DNA of 64,000 bases, taken from assembly GCF_009914755.1 (NCBI RefSeq), contig NC_060946.1. One strand, 5' to 3'. The notes below the pieces were generated by a model. It was not told where the DNA came from. It made no database searches and was given only the letters and a program-made list of their open reading frames with translations. The DNA is from the human T2T-CHM13v2.0 reference genome, Homo sapiens. Of this stretch, positions 48,301 through 63,300 are shown piece by piece (the stretch's first letter is position 1; every line of letters starts with the position of its first letter). The position numbers were made by a program, and so were the translations under genes.

Positions 48301-51300
48301 TAAATATGAAAGTACATCAAATATATATTTTATTCTGTACATAAAATATCAAAGTACACCAGATATATATTCTATAGTGTACATAAAATAACAAAGTACA
48401 CAAACTATACATTATATACTGTACATAAAATATGAAATTACATCAAATATATATTAGGTACATAAAATATGCAATTACATCAAATATAGATTATATACTG
48501 TACATAAAATATCAAAGTACCCCAAATATATATTTTATACTGTACATGAAATATCAAAGTTCACACACTATATATTATATACTGTACATAAAATATCAAA
48601 GTACCCAAGGTATATATTCTATACTGTACAAAAAATATCAAAGTACCCAAAGCATGTATTATAAACTGTACATAAAATATGAAAGTACATCAAATATATA
48701 TTTTATTCTGTACATAAAATATCAAAGTAAACCAGATATATATTCCATAGTGTACATAAAATATCAAAGTACCCAAACTATACATTATATAGTGTACATA
48801 AAATATGAAATTACATCAAATATATATTATATTAGGTTCATAAAATATGAAAGTACATCAAATATAGATTATATACTGTACATTAAATACCAAAGTACCC
48901 CAAATATATATTTTATACTGTACATGAAATATCAAAGTTCACAAGCTATATATTATATACTGTACATAAAATATCAAAGTACCCAAGGTATATATTCTAT
49001 ACTGTACAAAAAATATCAAAGTACCCAAAGCATGTATTATAAACTGTACATAAAATATGAAAGTACATCAAATATATATTTTATTCTGTACATAAAATAT
49101 CAAAGTACACCAGATATATATTCTATAGTGTACATAAAATAACAAAGTACCCAAACTATACATTATATACTGTACATAAAATATGAAATTACATCATATA
49201 TATATTAGGTACATAAAATATGAAAGTACATCAAATATAGATTATATACTGTACATAAAATATCAAAGTACCCCAAATATATATTATATACTCTACATGA
49301 AATATCAAAGTTCACAAACTATATATTATATACTGTGCCTAAAATATAAAAGTACCCAAGGTATATATTCTATACTGTACAAAAAATATCAAAGTACCCA
49401 AAGCATGTATTATATACTGTACATTAAATATGAAAGTACATCAAATATATATTTTATTCTGTACATAAAATATCAAAGTACACCAGATATATATTCTATA
49501 GTGTACATAAAATAACAAAGTACACAAACTATACATTATATACTGTACATAAAATATGAAATTACATCAAATATATATTAGGTACATAAAATATGCAATT
49601 ACATCAAATATAGATTATATACTGTACATAAAATATCAAAGTACCCCAAATATATATTTTATACTGTACATGAAATATCAAAGTTCACACACTATATATT
49701 ATATACTGTACATAAAATATCAAAGTACCCAACTTATATATTCTATACTGTACAAAAAACATCAAAGTACCCAAAGCATGTATTATATACTGTACATAAA
49801 ATATGAAAGTACATCAAATATATCTTTTATTCTGTACATAATATATCAAAGTACACCAGATATATATTCTATAGTGTACATAAAATAACAAAGTACAAAA
49901 ACTATAAATTCTATACTGTACATAAAATATGAAATTACATCAAATACATATTAGGTACATAAAATATGAAAGTACATCAAATATAGATTATATACTGTAC
50001 ATAAAATATCAATGTACCCCAAATATATATTTTATACTCTACATGAAATATCAAAGTTCACAAACCATATATTATATACAGTACATAAAATATCAAAGTA
50101 CCCAAGGTATATATTCTATACAATACAAAAAATATCAAAGTACCCAAAGCATGTATTATATACTGTACATAAAATATGAAAGTACATCAAATATATATTT
50201 TATTCTGTACATAAAATATCAAAGTACACCAGATATATATTCTATAGTGTACATAAAATATCAAAATACCCAAACTATACATTATATACTGTACATAAAA
50301 TATGAGATTACATCAAATATATATTATATTAGGTACATAAAATATGAAAGTACATCAAATATAGATTATATACAGTACATAAAATATCAAAGTACCCCAA
50401 ATATATATTATGTACTCTACATGAAATATCAAAGTTCACAAACTATATATTATATACTGTACATAAAATATCAAAGTACCCAAGGTATATATTCTATACT
50501 GTACAAAAAATATCAAAGTACCCAAAGCATGTATTATATACTGTATGTAAAATATGAAAGTACATCAAATATATATTTTATTCTGTACATAAAATATCAA
50601 AGTACACCAGATATATATTCTATAGTGTACATAAAATAACAAAGTACACAAACTATAAATTATATACTGTACATAAAATATGAAATTACATCAAATATAT
50701 ATTAGGAACATAAAATATGAAAGTACATCAAATATAGATTATATACTGTACATTAAATACCAAAGTACCCCAAATCTATATTTTATACTGTACATGAAAT
50801 ATCAAAGTTCACAAACTATATATTATATACTGTACATAAAATATCAAAGTACCCAAGGTATATATTCTATACTGTACAAAAAATATCAAAGTACCCAAAG
50901 CATGTATTATAAACTGTACATAAAATATGAAAGTACATCAAATATATATTTTATTCTGTACATAAAATATCAAAGTAAACCAGATATATATTCCATAGTG
51001 TACATAAAATATCAAAGTACCCAAACTATACATTATATAGTGTACATAAAATATGAAATTACATCAAATATATATTATATTAGGTTCATAAAATATGAAA
51101 GTACATCAAATATAGATTATATACTGTACATTAAATACCAAAGTACCCCAAATATATATTTTATACTGTACATGAAATATCAAAGTTCACAAGCTATATA
51201 TTATATACTGTACATAAAATATCAAAGTACCCAAGGTATATATTCTATACTGTACAAAAAATATCAAAGTACCCAAAGCATGTATTATAAACTGTACATA

Positions 51301-51390
51301 AAATATGAAAGTACATCAAATATATATTTTATTCTGTACATAAAATATCAAAGTACACCAGATATATATTCTATAGTGTACATAAAATAT
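36302..51390 (+). repeat. Highly homogeneous expansion of a 2248-bp six-unit block and its 1124-, 1502- and 373-bp derivatives
   Basis: The marker unit with catcaTat and tgtGCCtaaaatatAaaag starts at 36436, 38684, 39808, 40932, 42434, 43936, 44309, 45811, 46935, 48059 and 49183. Spacings are 2248, 1124, 1124, 1502, 1502, 373, 1502, 1124, 1124, 1124. Translations of equivalent units are identical. Confidence 0.92.
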
Positions 51391-54300
51391 CAAAGTACCC
51401 AAACTGTACATTATATACTGTACATAAAATATGAAATTACATCAAATATATATTATATTAGGTACATAAAATATGAAAGTACATCAAATATAGATTATAT
51501 ACTGTACATTAAATACCCAAGTACCCCAAATATATATTTTATACTGTACATGAAATATCAAAGTTCACAAACTATATATTATATACTGTACATAAAATAT
51601 CAAAGTACCCAAAGTATATATTCTATACTGTACAAAAAATATCAAAGTACCCAAAGCACGTATTATATACTGTACATAAAATATGAAAGTACATCAAATA
51701 TATATTTTATTCTGTACATAAAATATCAAAGTACACCAGATATATATTCTATAGTGTACATAAAATATCAAAGTTCCTAAACTATACATTATATACTGTA
51801 CATAAAATATGAAATTACATCAAATTTATATTAGGTACATAAAATATGAAAGTACATCAAATATAGATTATATACTGTACATAAAATATCAAAGTACCCC
51901 AAATATATATTATATACTGTATATGAAATATCAAAGTTCACAAACTATATATTATATACTGTACATAAAATATCAAAGTACCCAAGGTATATATTCTATA
52001 CTGTACAAAAAATATCAAAGTACCCAAAGCATGTATTATATACTGTACATAAAATATGAAAGTACATCAAATATATATTTTATTCTGTACATAAAATATC
52101 AAAGTACACCAGATATATATTCTATAGTGTACATAAAATATCAAAGAACCCAAACTATACATTATATACTGTACATAAAATATGAAATTACATCAAATAT
52201 ATATTATATTAGGTACATAAAATATGAAAGTACATCAAATAGAGATTATATACTGTACATTAAATACCAAAGTACCCCAAATCTATATTTTATACTGTAC
52301 ATGAAATATCAAAGTTCACAAACTATATATTATATACTGTACATATAATACCAAAGTACCCAAGGTATATATTCTATACTGTACAAAAAATAACAAAGTA
52401 CCAAAAGCATGTATTATATACTGTACCTAAAATATGAAATTACATCAAATATATATTTTATTCTGTACATAAAATATCAAAGTACACCAGATATATATCC
52501 TAGAGTGTACATAAAATATCAAAGTACCCAAACTATACATTATATACTGTACATACCATATGAAATTACATCAAATATATATTATATTAGGTACATAAAA
52601 TATGAAAGTACATCAAATATAGATTATATACTGTACATAAAATATCAAAGTACCCCAAATATATATTTTATACTCTACATGAAATATCAAAGTTCACAAA
52701 CCATATATTATATACTGTACATAAAATATCAAAGTACCCAAGGTATATATTGTATACTGTAGAAAAAATATCAAAGTACCCAAAGCATTTATTATATACT
52801 GTACATAAAATATGAAAGTACACCAAATATATATTTTATTCTGTACATAAAATATCAAAGTACACCAGATATATATTCTATAGTGTACATAAAATATCAA
52901 AGTACCCAAACTATACATTATATACTGTACATAAAATATGAAATTACATCAAATATATACTAGATACATAAAATATGAAAGTACATCAAATATAGATTAT
53001 ATACTGTACATAAAATATCAATGTACAACAAATATATATTTTATACTCTACATGAAATATCAAAGTTCCCAAACTATATATTATATAATGTACATAAAAT
53101 ATCAAAGTACCCAAGGTATATATTCTATACTGTACAAAAAATATCAAAGTACCCAAAGCATGTATTATATACTGTACATAAAATATGAAAGTACATCAAA
53201 TATATATTTTATTCTGTACATAAAATATCAAAGTACACCAGATATATATTCTATAGTGTACATAAAACATCAAAGTACCCAAACTATACATTATATACTG
53301 TACAGAAAATATGAAATTACATAAAATATATATTATATTAGGTACATAAAATATGAAATTTCATAAAATATATATTATATTAGGTACATAAAATATGAAA
53401 GTACATCAAATATAGATTATATACTTTACATTAAATACCAAAGTACCCCAAATATATATTTTATACTGTACATGAAATATCAAAGTTCACAAACTATATA
53501 TTATATACTGTAAATGTAATATCAAAGTACCCAAGGTATATATTCTATACTGTACAAAAAATAACAAAGTACCAAAAGCATGTATTATATACTGTACCTA
53601 AAATATGAAAGTACATCAAATATATATTTTATTCTGTACATAAAATATCAAAGTACACCAGATATATATTCTATAGCGTACATAAAATATCAAAGTACCC
53701 AAACTATACATTATATACTGTACATAAAATATGAAATTACATCAAATCTATATTAGGTACATAAAATATGAAAGTACATCAAATATAGATTATATACTGT
53801 ACATAAAATATCAAAGTACCCCAAATATATATTATATACTCTACATGAAATATCAAAGTTCACAAACTATATATTATATACTGTACATAAAATATCAAAG
53901 TACCCAAGGTATATATTCTATACTGTACAAAAAATATCAAAGTACCCAAAGCATGTATTATATACTGTACCTAAAATATGAAAGTACATCAAATATATAT
54001 TTTATTCTGTACATAAAATATCAAAGTACACCAGATATATATTCTATAGTGTACATAAAATATAAAAGTACCCAAACTATACATTATATACTGTACATAA
54101 AATATGAAATTACATCAAATATATATTAGGTACATAAAATATGAAAGTACATCAAATATAGATTATATACTGTACATAAAATATCAAAGTGCCCCAAATA
54201 TATATTATATACTCTACATGAAATATCAAAGTTCACAAACTATATATTATATACTGTACATAAAATATCAAAGTACCCAAGGTATATATTCTATACTGTA

Positions 54301-57300
54301 CAAAAAATATCAAAGTACCCAAAGCATGTATTATATACTGTACATAAAATATGAAACTACATCAAATATATATTTTATTCTGTACATAAAATATCAAAGT
54401 ACACCAGATATATATTCTATAGTGTACATAAAATATCAAAGTACCCAAACTATTTATTACATACTGTACATAAAATATGAAATTACATCAAATATATATT
54501 ATATTAGGTACATAAAATATGAAAGTACATCAAATATAGATTATATACTGTACATAATATATCAAAGTACCCCAAATATATATTATATACTCTACATGAA
54601 ATATCAAAGTTCACAAACTATATATTATATACTGTACATAAAATATCAAAGTACACAAGGTATATATTCTATACTGTACAAAAAATATCAAAGTACCCAA
54701 AGCATGTATTATACACTGTATATAAAATATGAAAGTACATCAAATATATATTTTATTCTGTACATAAAATATCAAAGTACACCAGATATATATTCTATAG
54801 TGTACATAAAATAACAAAGTACACAAACTATAAATTATATACTGTACATAAAATATGAAATTACATCAAATATATATTAGGTACATAAAATATGAAAGTA
54901 CATCAAATATAGATTATAGACTGTACATAAAATATCAATGTACCCCAAATATATATTTTATACTCTACATGAAATATCAAAGTTCACAAACCATATATTA
55001 TATACTGTACATAAAATATCAAAGTACCCATGGTATATATTCTATACTGTACAAAAAATAACAAAGTACCAAAAGCATGTATTATATACTGTACCTAAAA
55101 TATGAAAGTACATCAAATATATATTTTATTCTGTACATAAAATATCAAAGTACACCAGATATATATTCTATAGTGTACTTAAAATATCACAGTACCCAAA
55201 CTATACATTATATACTGTACATAAAATATGAAATTACATAAAATATATATTATATTAGGTACATAAAATATGAAATTTCATAAAATATATATTATATTAG
55301 GTACATAAAATATGAAAGTACATCAAATATAGATTATATACTGTACATTAAATACCAAAGTACCCCAAATATATATTTTATACTGTATATGAAATATCAA
55401 ACTTCACAAACTATATATTATATACTGTACATAAAATATCAAAGTACCCAAGGTATATCTTCTATACTGTACAAAAGATATCAAAGTACCCAAAGCATGT
55501 ATTATATACTGTACATAAAATATGAAAGTACATCAAATATATATTTTATTCTGTACATAAAATATCAAAGTACACCAGATATATATTCTATAGTGTACAT
55601 AAAATATAAAAGTACCGAAACTATTTATTATATACTGTACATAAAATATGAAATTATATCAAATATATATTATATTAGGTACATAAAATATGAAAGTACA
55701 TCAAATATAGATTATATACTGTACATTAAATACCAAAGTACCCCAAATATATATTTTATACTGTACATGAAATATCAAAGTTCACAAACTATATATTATA
55801 TACTGTACATAAAATATCAAAGTACCCAAGGTATATATTCTATACTGTACAAAAAATATCAAAGTACCCAAAGCATGTATTATATACTGTACATAAAATA
55901 TGAAAGTACATCAAATATATATTTTATTCTGTACATAAAATATCAAAGTACACCAGATATATATTCTATAGTGTACATAAAATAACAAAGTACACAAACT
56001 ATACATTATATACTGTACATAAAATATGAAATTACATCAAATATATATTAGGTACATAAAATATGAAAGTACATCAAATATAGATTATATACTGTACATA
56101 AAATATCAAAGTACCCCAAATATATATTATATACTCTAGATGAAATATCAAAGTTCACAAACTATATATTATATACTGTACATAAAATATCAAAGTACCC
56201 AAGGTATATATTCTATACTGTACAAAAAATATCAAAGTACCCAAAGCATGTATTATATACTGTATATAAAATATGAAAGTACATCAAATATATATTTTAT
56301 TCTGCACATAAAATATCAAAATACACCAGATATATATTCTATAGTGTACATAAAATAACAAAGTACACAAACTATACATTATATACTGTACATAAAATAT
56401 GAAATTACATCAAATATATATTAGGTACATAAAATAGGAAAGTACATCAAATATAGATTATATACTGTACATATAATATCAACGTACCCCAAATATATAT
56501 TTTATACTCTACATGAAATATCAAAGTTCACAAACCATATATTATATACTGTACATAAAATATCAAAGTACCCAAGGTATATATTCTATACTGTACAAAA
56601 AATATCAAAGTACCCAAAGCATGTATTATATAATGTACATAAAATATGAAAGTACATCAAATATAGATTATATACTGTACATAAAATATCAAAGTACCCC
56701 AAGTATATATTATATACTCTACATGAAATATCAAAGTTCACAAACTATATATTATATACTGTACATAAAATATGAAATTACATCAAATATATTTTATATT
56801 AGGTACATAAAATATGAAAGTACATCAAATATAGATTATATACTTTACATTAAATACCAAAGTACCCCAAATATATATTTTATACTGTACATGAAATATC
56901 AAAGTTCACAAACTATATATTATATACTGTAAATGTAATATCAAAGTACCCAAGGTATATATTCTATACTGTACAAAAAATAACAAAGTACCAAAAGCAT
57001 GTATTATATACTGTACCTAAAATATGAAAGTACATCAAATATATATTTTATTCTGTACATAAAATATCAAAGTACACCAGATATATATTCTATAGTTTAC
57101 ATAAAATATCAAAGTACCCAAACTATACATTATATACTGTACATAAAATATGAAATTACATCAAATATATATTATATTAGGTACATAAAATATGAAAGTA
57201 CATCAAATATAGATTATATACTGTACATTAAATACCAAAGTACACCAAATATATATTTTATACTGTACGTGAAATATCAAAGTTCTCAAACTATATATTA

Positions 57301-60300
57301 TATACTGTACATAAAATATCAAAGTACCCAAGATATATATTCTATACTGTACAAAAAATATGAAAGTACCCAAAGCAAGTATTATATACTGTACATAAAA
57401 TATGAAAGTACATCAAATATATATTTTATTCTGTACATAAAATATCAAAGTACACCAGATATATGTTCTATAGTGTACATAAAATATCAAAGTACCCAAA
57501 CTATACATTATATACTGTACATAAAATATAAAATTACATCAAATATATATTATATTAGGTACATAAAATATGAAAGTACATCAAATATAGATTATATACT
57601 GTACATAAAATATCAAAGTACCCCAAATATATATTATATACTCTACATGAAATATCAAAGTTCACAAACTATATATTATATACTGTACATAAAATAAAGT
57701 ACCCAAGGTACATATTCTATACTGTACAAAAAATATCAAAGTACCCAAAGCATGTATTATATACTGTATATAAAATATGAAAGTACATCAAATATATATT
57801 TTATTCTGTACATAAAATATCAAAGTACACCAGATATATATTCTATAGTGTACGTAAAATATAAAAGTACCCAAACTATACATTATATACTGTACATAAA
57901 ATATGAAATTACATCATATATATATTAGGTACATAAAATATGAAAGTACATCAAATATATATTATATACTGTACATAAAATATCAAAGTACCCCAAATAT
58001 ATATTATATACTCTACATGAAATATCAAAGTTCACAAACTATATATTATATACTGTACATAAAATATCAAAGTACCCAAGGTATATATTCTATACTGTAC
58101 AAAAAATATCAAAGTACCCAAAGCATGTATTATATACTGTATATAAAATATGAAAGTACATCAAATATATATTTTATTCTGCACATAAAATATCAAAATA
58201 CACCAGATATATATTCTATAGTGTACATAAAATAACAAAGTTCACAAACTATACATTATATACTGTACATAAAATATGAAATTACATCAAATATATATTA
58301 GGTACATAAAATATGAAAGTACATCAAATATAGATTATATACTGTACATATAATATCAATGTACCCCAAATATATATTTTATACTCTACATGAAATATCA
58401 AAGTTCACAAACTATATATTATATACTGTACATATAATATCAAAGTACCCAAGGTATATATTCTATACTGTACAAAAAATAACAAAGTACCAAAAGCATG
58501 TATTATATACTGTACCTAAAATATGAAAGTACATCAAATATATATTTTATTCTGTACATGAAACATCAAAGTACACCAGATATATATTCTATAGTGTACA
58601 TAAAATATCAAAGTACCCAAACTATACATTATATACTGTACATAAAATATGAAATTACATCAAATATATATTATATTAGGTACATAAAATATGAAAGTAC
58701 ATCAAATATAGATTATATACTGCACATAAAATATCAAAGTACCACAAATATATATTATATACTCTACATGAAATATCAAACTTCACAAACTATATATTAT
58801 ATAGTGTACATAAAATATAAAAGTACCCAAGGTATATATTCTATATTGTACAAAAAATATCAAAGTACCCAAAGCATGTATTATATACTGTACATAAAAT
58901 ATGAAAGTACATCAAATATATATTTTATACTGTACATAAAATATCAAAGTACACCAGATATATATTCTATAGTGTACATAAAATATCAAAGTACCCAAAC
59001 TATACATTATATACTGTACATAAAATATGAAATTACATCAAACATATTTTATATTAGGTACATAAAATATGAAAGTACATCAAATATAGATTATATACTG
59101 TACATTAAATACCAAATTACCCCAAATATATATTTTATACTGTACATGAAATATCAAAGTTCACAAACTATATATTATATACTGTACATAAAATATCAAA
59201 GTACCCAAGGTATATATTCTATACTGTACAAAAAATATCAAAGTACCCAAAGCATGTATTATATACTGTACATAAAATATGAAAGTACATCAAATATATA
59301 TTTTATTCTGTACATAAAATACCAAAGTACACCAGATATATATTCTATAGTGTACATAAAATAACAAAGTACACAAACTATAAATTATATACTGTACATA
59401 AAATATGAAATTACATCAAATATATATTAGGTACATAAAATATGAAAGTACATCAAATATAGATTATATACTGTACATATAATATCAATGTACCCCAAAT
59501 ATACATTTTGTACTCTACATGAAATATCAAAGTTCACAAACCTTATATTATATACTGTACATAAAATATCAAAGTACCCAAGGTATATATTCTATACAGT
59601 ACAAAAAATATCAAAGTACCCAAAGCATGTATTATATACTGTATATAAAATATGAAAGTACATCAAATATATATTAGGTACATAAAATATGAAAGTACAT
59701 CAAATATAGATTATATACTGTACATAAAATATCAATGTACCCCAAATATATATTATATACTCTACAGGAAATATCAAAGTTCACAAACCATATATTATAT
59801 ACTGTACATAAAATATCAAAGTACCCAAGGTATATATTTTATACTGTACAAAAAATATCAAAGTACCCAAAGCATGTATTATATACTGTATATAAAATAT
59901 GAAATTACGTTAACTATATATTTTATTCTGTACATAAAATATCAAAGTACACCAGATATATATTCTATAGTGTACATAAAATATCAAAGTACCCAAACTA
60001 TACATTTTATACTGTACATAAAATATGAAATTACATCAAATATATATTATATTAGGTACATAAAATATGAAAGTACATCAAATAGAGATTATATACTGTA
60101 CATAAAATATCAAAGTACCCAAATATATATTATATACTCTACAGGAAATATCAAAGTTCACACACTATATATTATATACTGTACATAAAATATCAAAGTA
60201 CCCAAGGTATATATTCTATACTGTACAAAAAATATCAAAGTACCCAAAGCATGTATTATACACTGTATGTAAAATATGAAATTACATCAAATATATATTT

Positions 60301-63300
60301 TATTCTGTACATAAAATATCAAAGTACACCAGATATATATTCTATAGCGTACATAAAATAACAAAGTACACAAACTATAAATTATATACTGTACATAAAA
60401 TGTGAAATTACATCAAATATATATTAGGTACATAAAATATGAAAGTACATCAAATATAGATTATATACTGTACATAAAATATCAATGTACCCCAAATATA
60501 TATTATATACTCTACAGGAAATATCAAAGTTCACAAACCATATATTATATACTGTACATAAAATATCAAAGTACCCAATGTATATATTCTATACTGTACA
60601 AAAAATATCAAAGTACCCAAAGCATGTATTATATACTGTATATAAAATATGAAAGTATATCAAATATATATTTTATTCTGTACATAAAATATCAAAGTAC
60701 ACCAGATATATATTCTATAGTGTACATAAAATATAAAAGTACCCAAACTATACATTATATACTGTACATAAAATATGAAATTACATCAAATATATATTAG
60801 GTACATAAAATATGAAAGTATATCAAATATAGATTATATACTGTACATAAAATATCAATGTACCCCAAATATATATTTTATACTCGACATGAAATATCAA
60901 AGTTCACAAACCATATATTATTTACTCTACATAAAATATCAACGTACCCAAGATATATATTCTATACTGTACAAAAAATATCAAAGTACCCAAAGCATGT
61001 ATTATATACTGTACATAAAATATGAAACTACATCAAATATATTTTTTATTCTGTATATAAAATATCAAAGTACACCAGATATATATTCTATAGTGTACAT
61101 AAAATATCAAAGTACCCAAGGTATACATTATATACTGTACATAAAATATGAAATTACATCAAATATATATTCTATTAGGTACATAAAATATGAAAGTACA
61201 TCAAATATAGATTATATACTGTACATTAAATACCAAAGTACCCCAAATATATATTTTATACTGTACATGAAATTTCAAAGTTCACAAACTATATATTATA
61301 TACTGTACTTAAAATATCAAAGTACCCAAGGTATATATTCTATACTGTACAAAAAATATCAAAGTACCTAAAGCATGTATTATATACTGTACATAAAATA
61401 TGAAAGTACATCAAATATATATTTTATTCTGTACATAAAATATCAAAGTACACCAGATATATATTCTATAGTGTACATAAAATATCATAGAACACAAACT
61501 ATACATTATATACTGTACATAAAATATGAAATTACATCAAATATATATTAGGTACATAAAATATGAAAGTACATCAAATATAGATTATATACTGTACATA
61601 AAATATCAATGTACCCCAAATATATATTATATACTCTACATGAAATATCAAAGTTCACAAACTATATATTATATACTGTACATAAAATATCAATGTACCC
61701 AAGGTATATATTCTATACTGTACAAAAAATATCAAAGTACCCAAAGCATGTATTATATACTGTATATAAAATATGAAAGTACATCAAATATATATTTTAT
61801 TCTGTACATAAAATATCAAAGTACACCAGATATATATTCTATAGTGTACATAAAATAACAAAGTACACAAACTATACATTATATACTGTACATAAAATAT
61901 GAAATTACATCAAATATATATTAGGTACATAAAATATGAAAGTACATCAAATATAGATTATATACTGTACATAAAATATCAGTGTACCCTAAATATATAT
62001 TTTATACTGTACATGAAATATCAAAGTTCACAAACCATATATTATATACTGTACATAAAATATCAAAGTACCCAAGGTATATATTCTATACTCTACAAAA
62101 ATATCAAAGTACCCAAAGCATGTATTATATACTGTATATAAAATATGAAAGTACATCAAATATATATTTTATTCTGTACATAATATATCAAAGTACACCA
62201 GATATATATTCTATAGTGTCCATAAAGTAACAAATTACAAAAACTATAAATTATATACTGTACATAAAATATGAAATTACATCAAATATATATTAGGTAC
62301 ATAAAATATGAAAGTACATCAAATATAGATTATATACTGTACATAAAATATCAATGTACCCCAAATATATATTTTATACTCTACATGAAATATCAAAGTT
62401 CACAAACCATATATTATATACTGTACATAAAATATCAAAGTACCCAAGGTATGTATTCTATACTGTACAAAAAATATCAAAGTACCCAAAGCATGTATTA
62501 TATACTGTACATAAAATATGAAAGTACATCAAATATATATTTTATTCTGTACATAAAATATCAAAGTACACCAGATATATATTCTATAGAGTACATAAAA
62601 TATCAAAGTACCCAAACTATACATTATATACTGTACATAAAATATGAAATTACATCAAATATATATTATATTAGGTACATAAAATATGAAAGTACATCAA
62701 ATATAGATTATATACTGTACATTAAATACCAAAGTACCCCAAATATATATTTTATACTGTACATGAAATATCAAAGTTCACACACTATATAGTATATACT
62801 GTACATAAAATATCAAAGTACCCAAGGTATATATTCTATAATGTACAAAAAATATCAAAGTACCCAAAACATGTATTATATACTGTACATAAAATATGAA
62901 AGTACATCAAATATATATTTTATTCTGTACATATAATATCAAAGTACACCAGATATATATTATATAGTGTACATAAAATATCAAAGTACCCAAACTATAT
63001 ATTATATACTGTACATAAAATATGAAATTACATCAAATATATATTACGTACATAAAATATGAAAGTACATCAAATATAGATTATATACTGTACATAAAAT
63101 ATCAAAGTACCCCAAATATATATTTTATACTGTATATGAAATATCAAAGTTCACAAACTATATATTATATACTGTACAAAAAAATATCAAAGTACCCAAG
63201 GTATATATTCTATAATGTACAAAAAATATCAAAGTACCCAAAGCATGTATTATATACTGTACATAAAATATGAAAGTACATCAAATATATATTTTATTCT

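Noticed and set aside
226-63273. Roughly 150 ORFs encoding YILYIKYQST-type repeats
   Set aside because: They follow from the monomer length being a multiple of 3. Starts and stops track satellite SNVs and indels, and there is no domain, unique sequence or gene structure.
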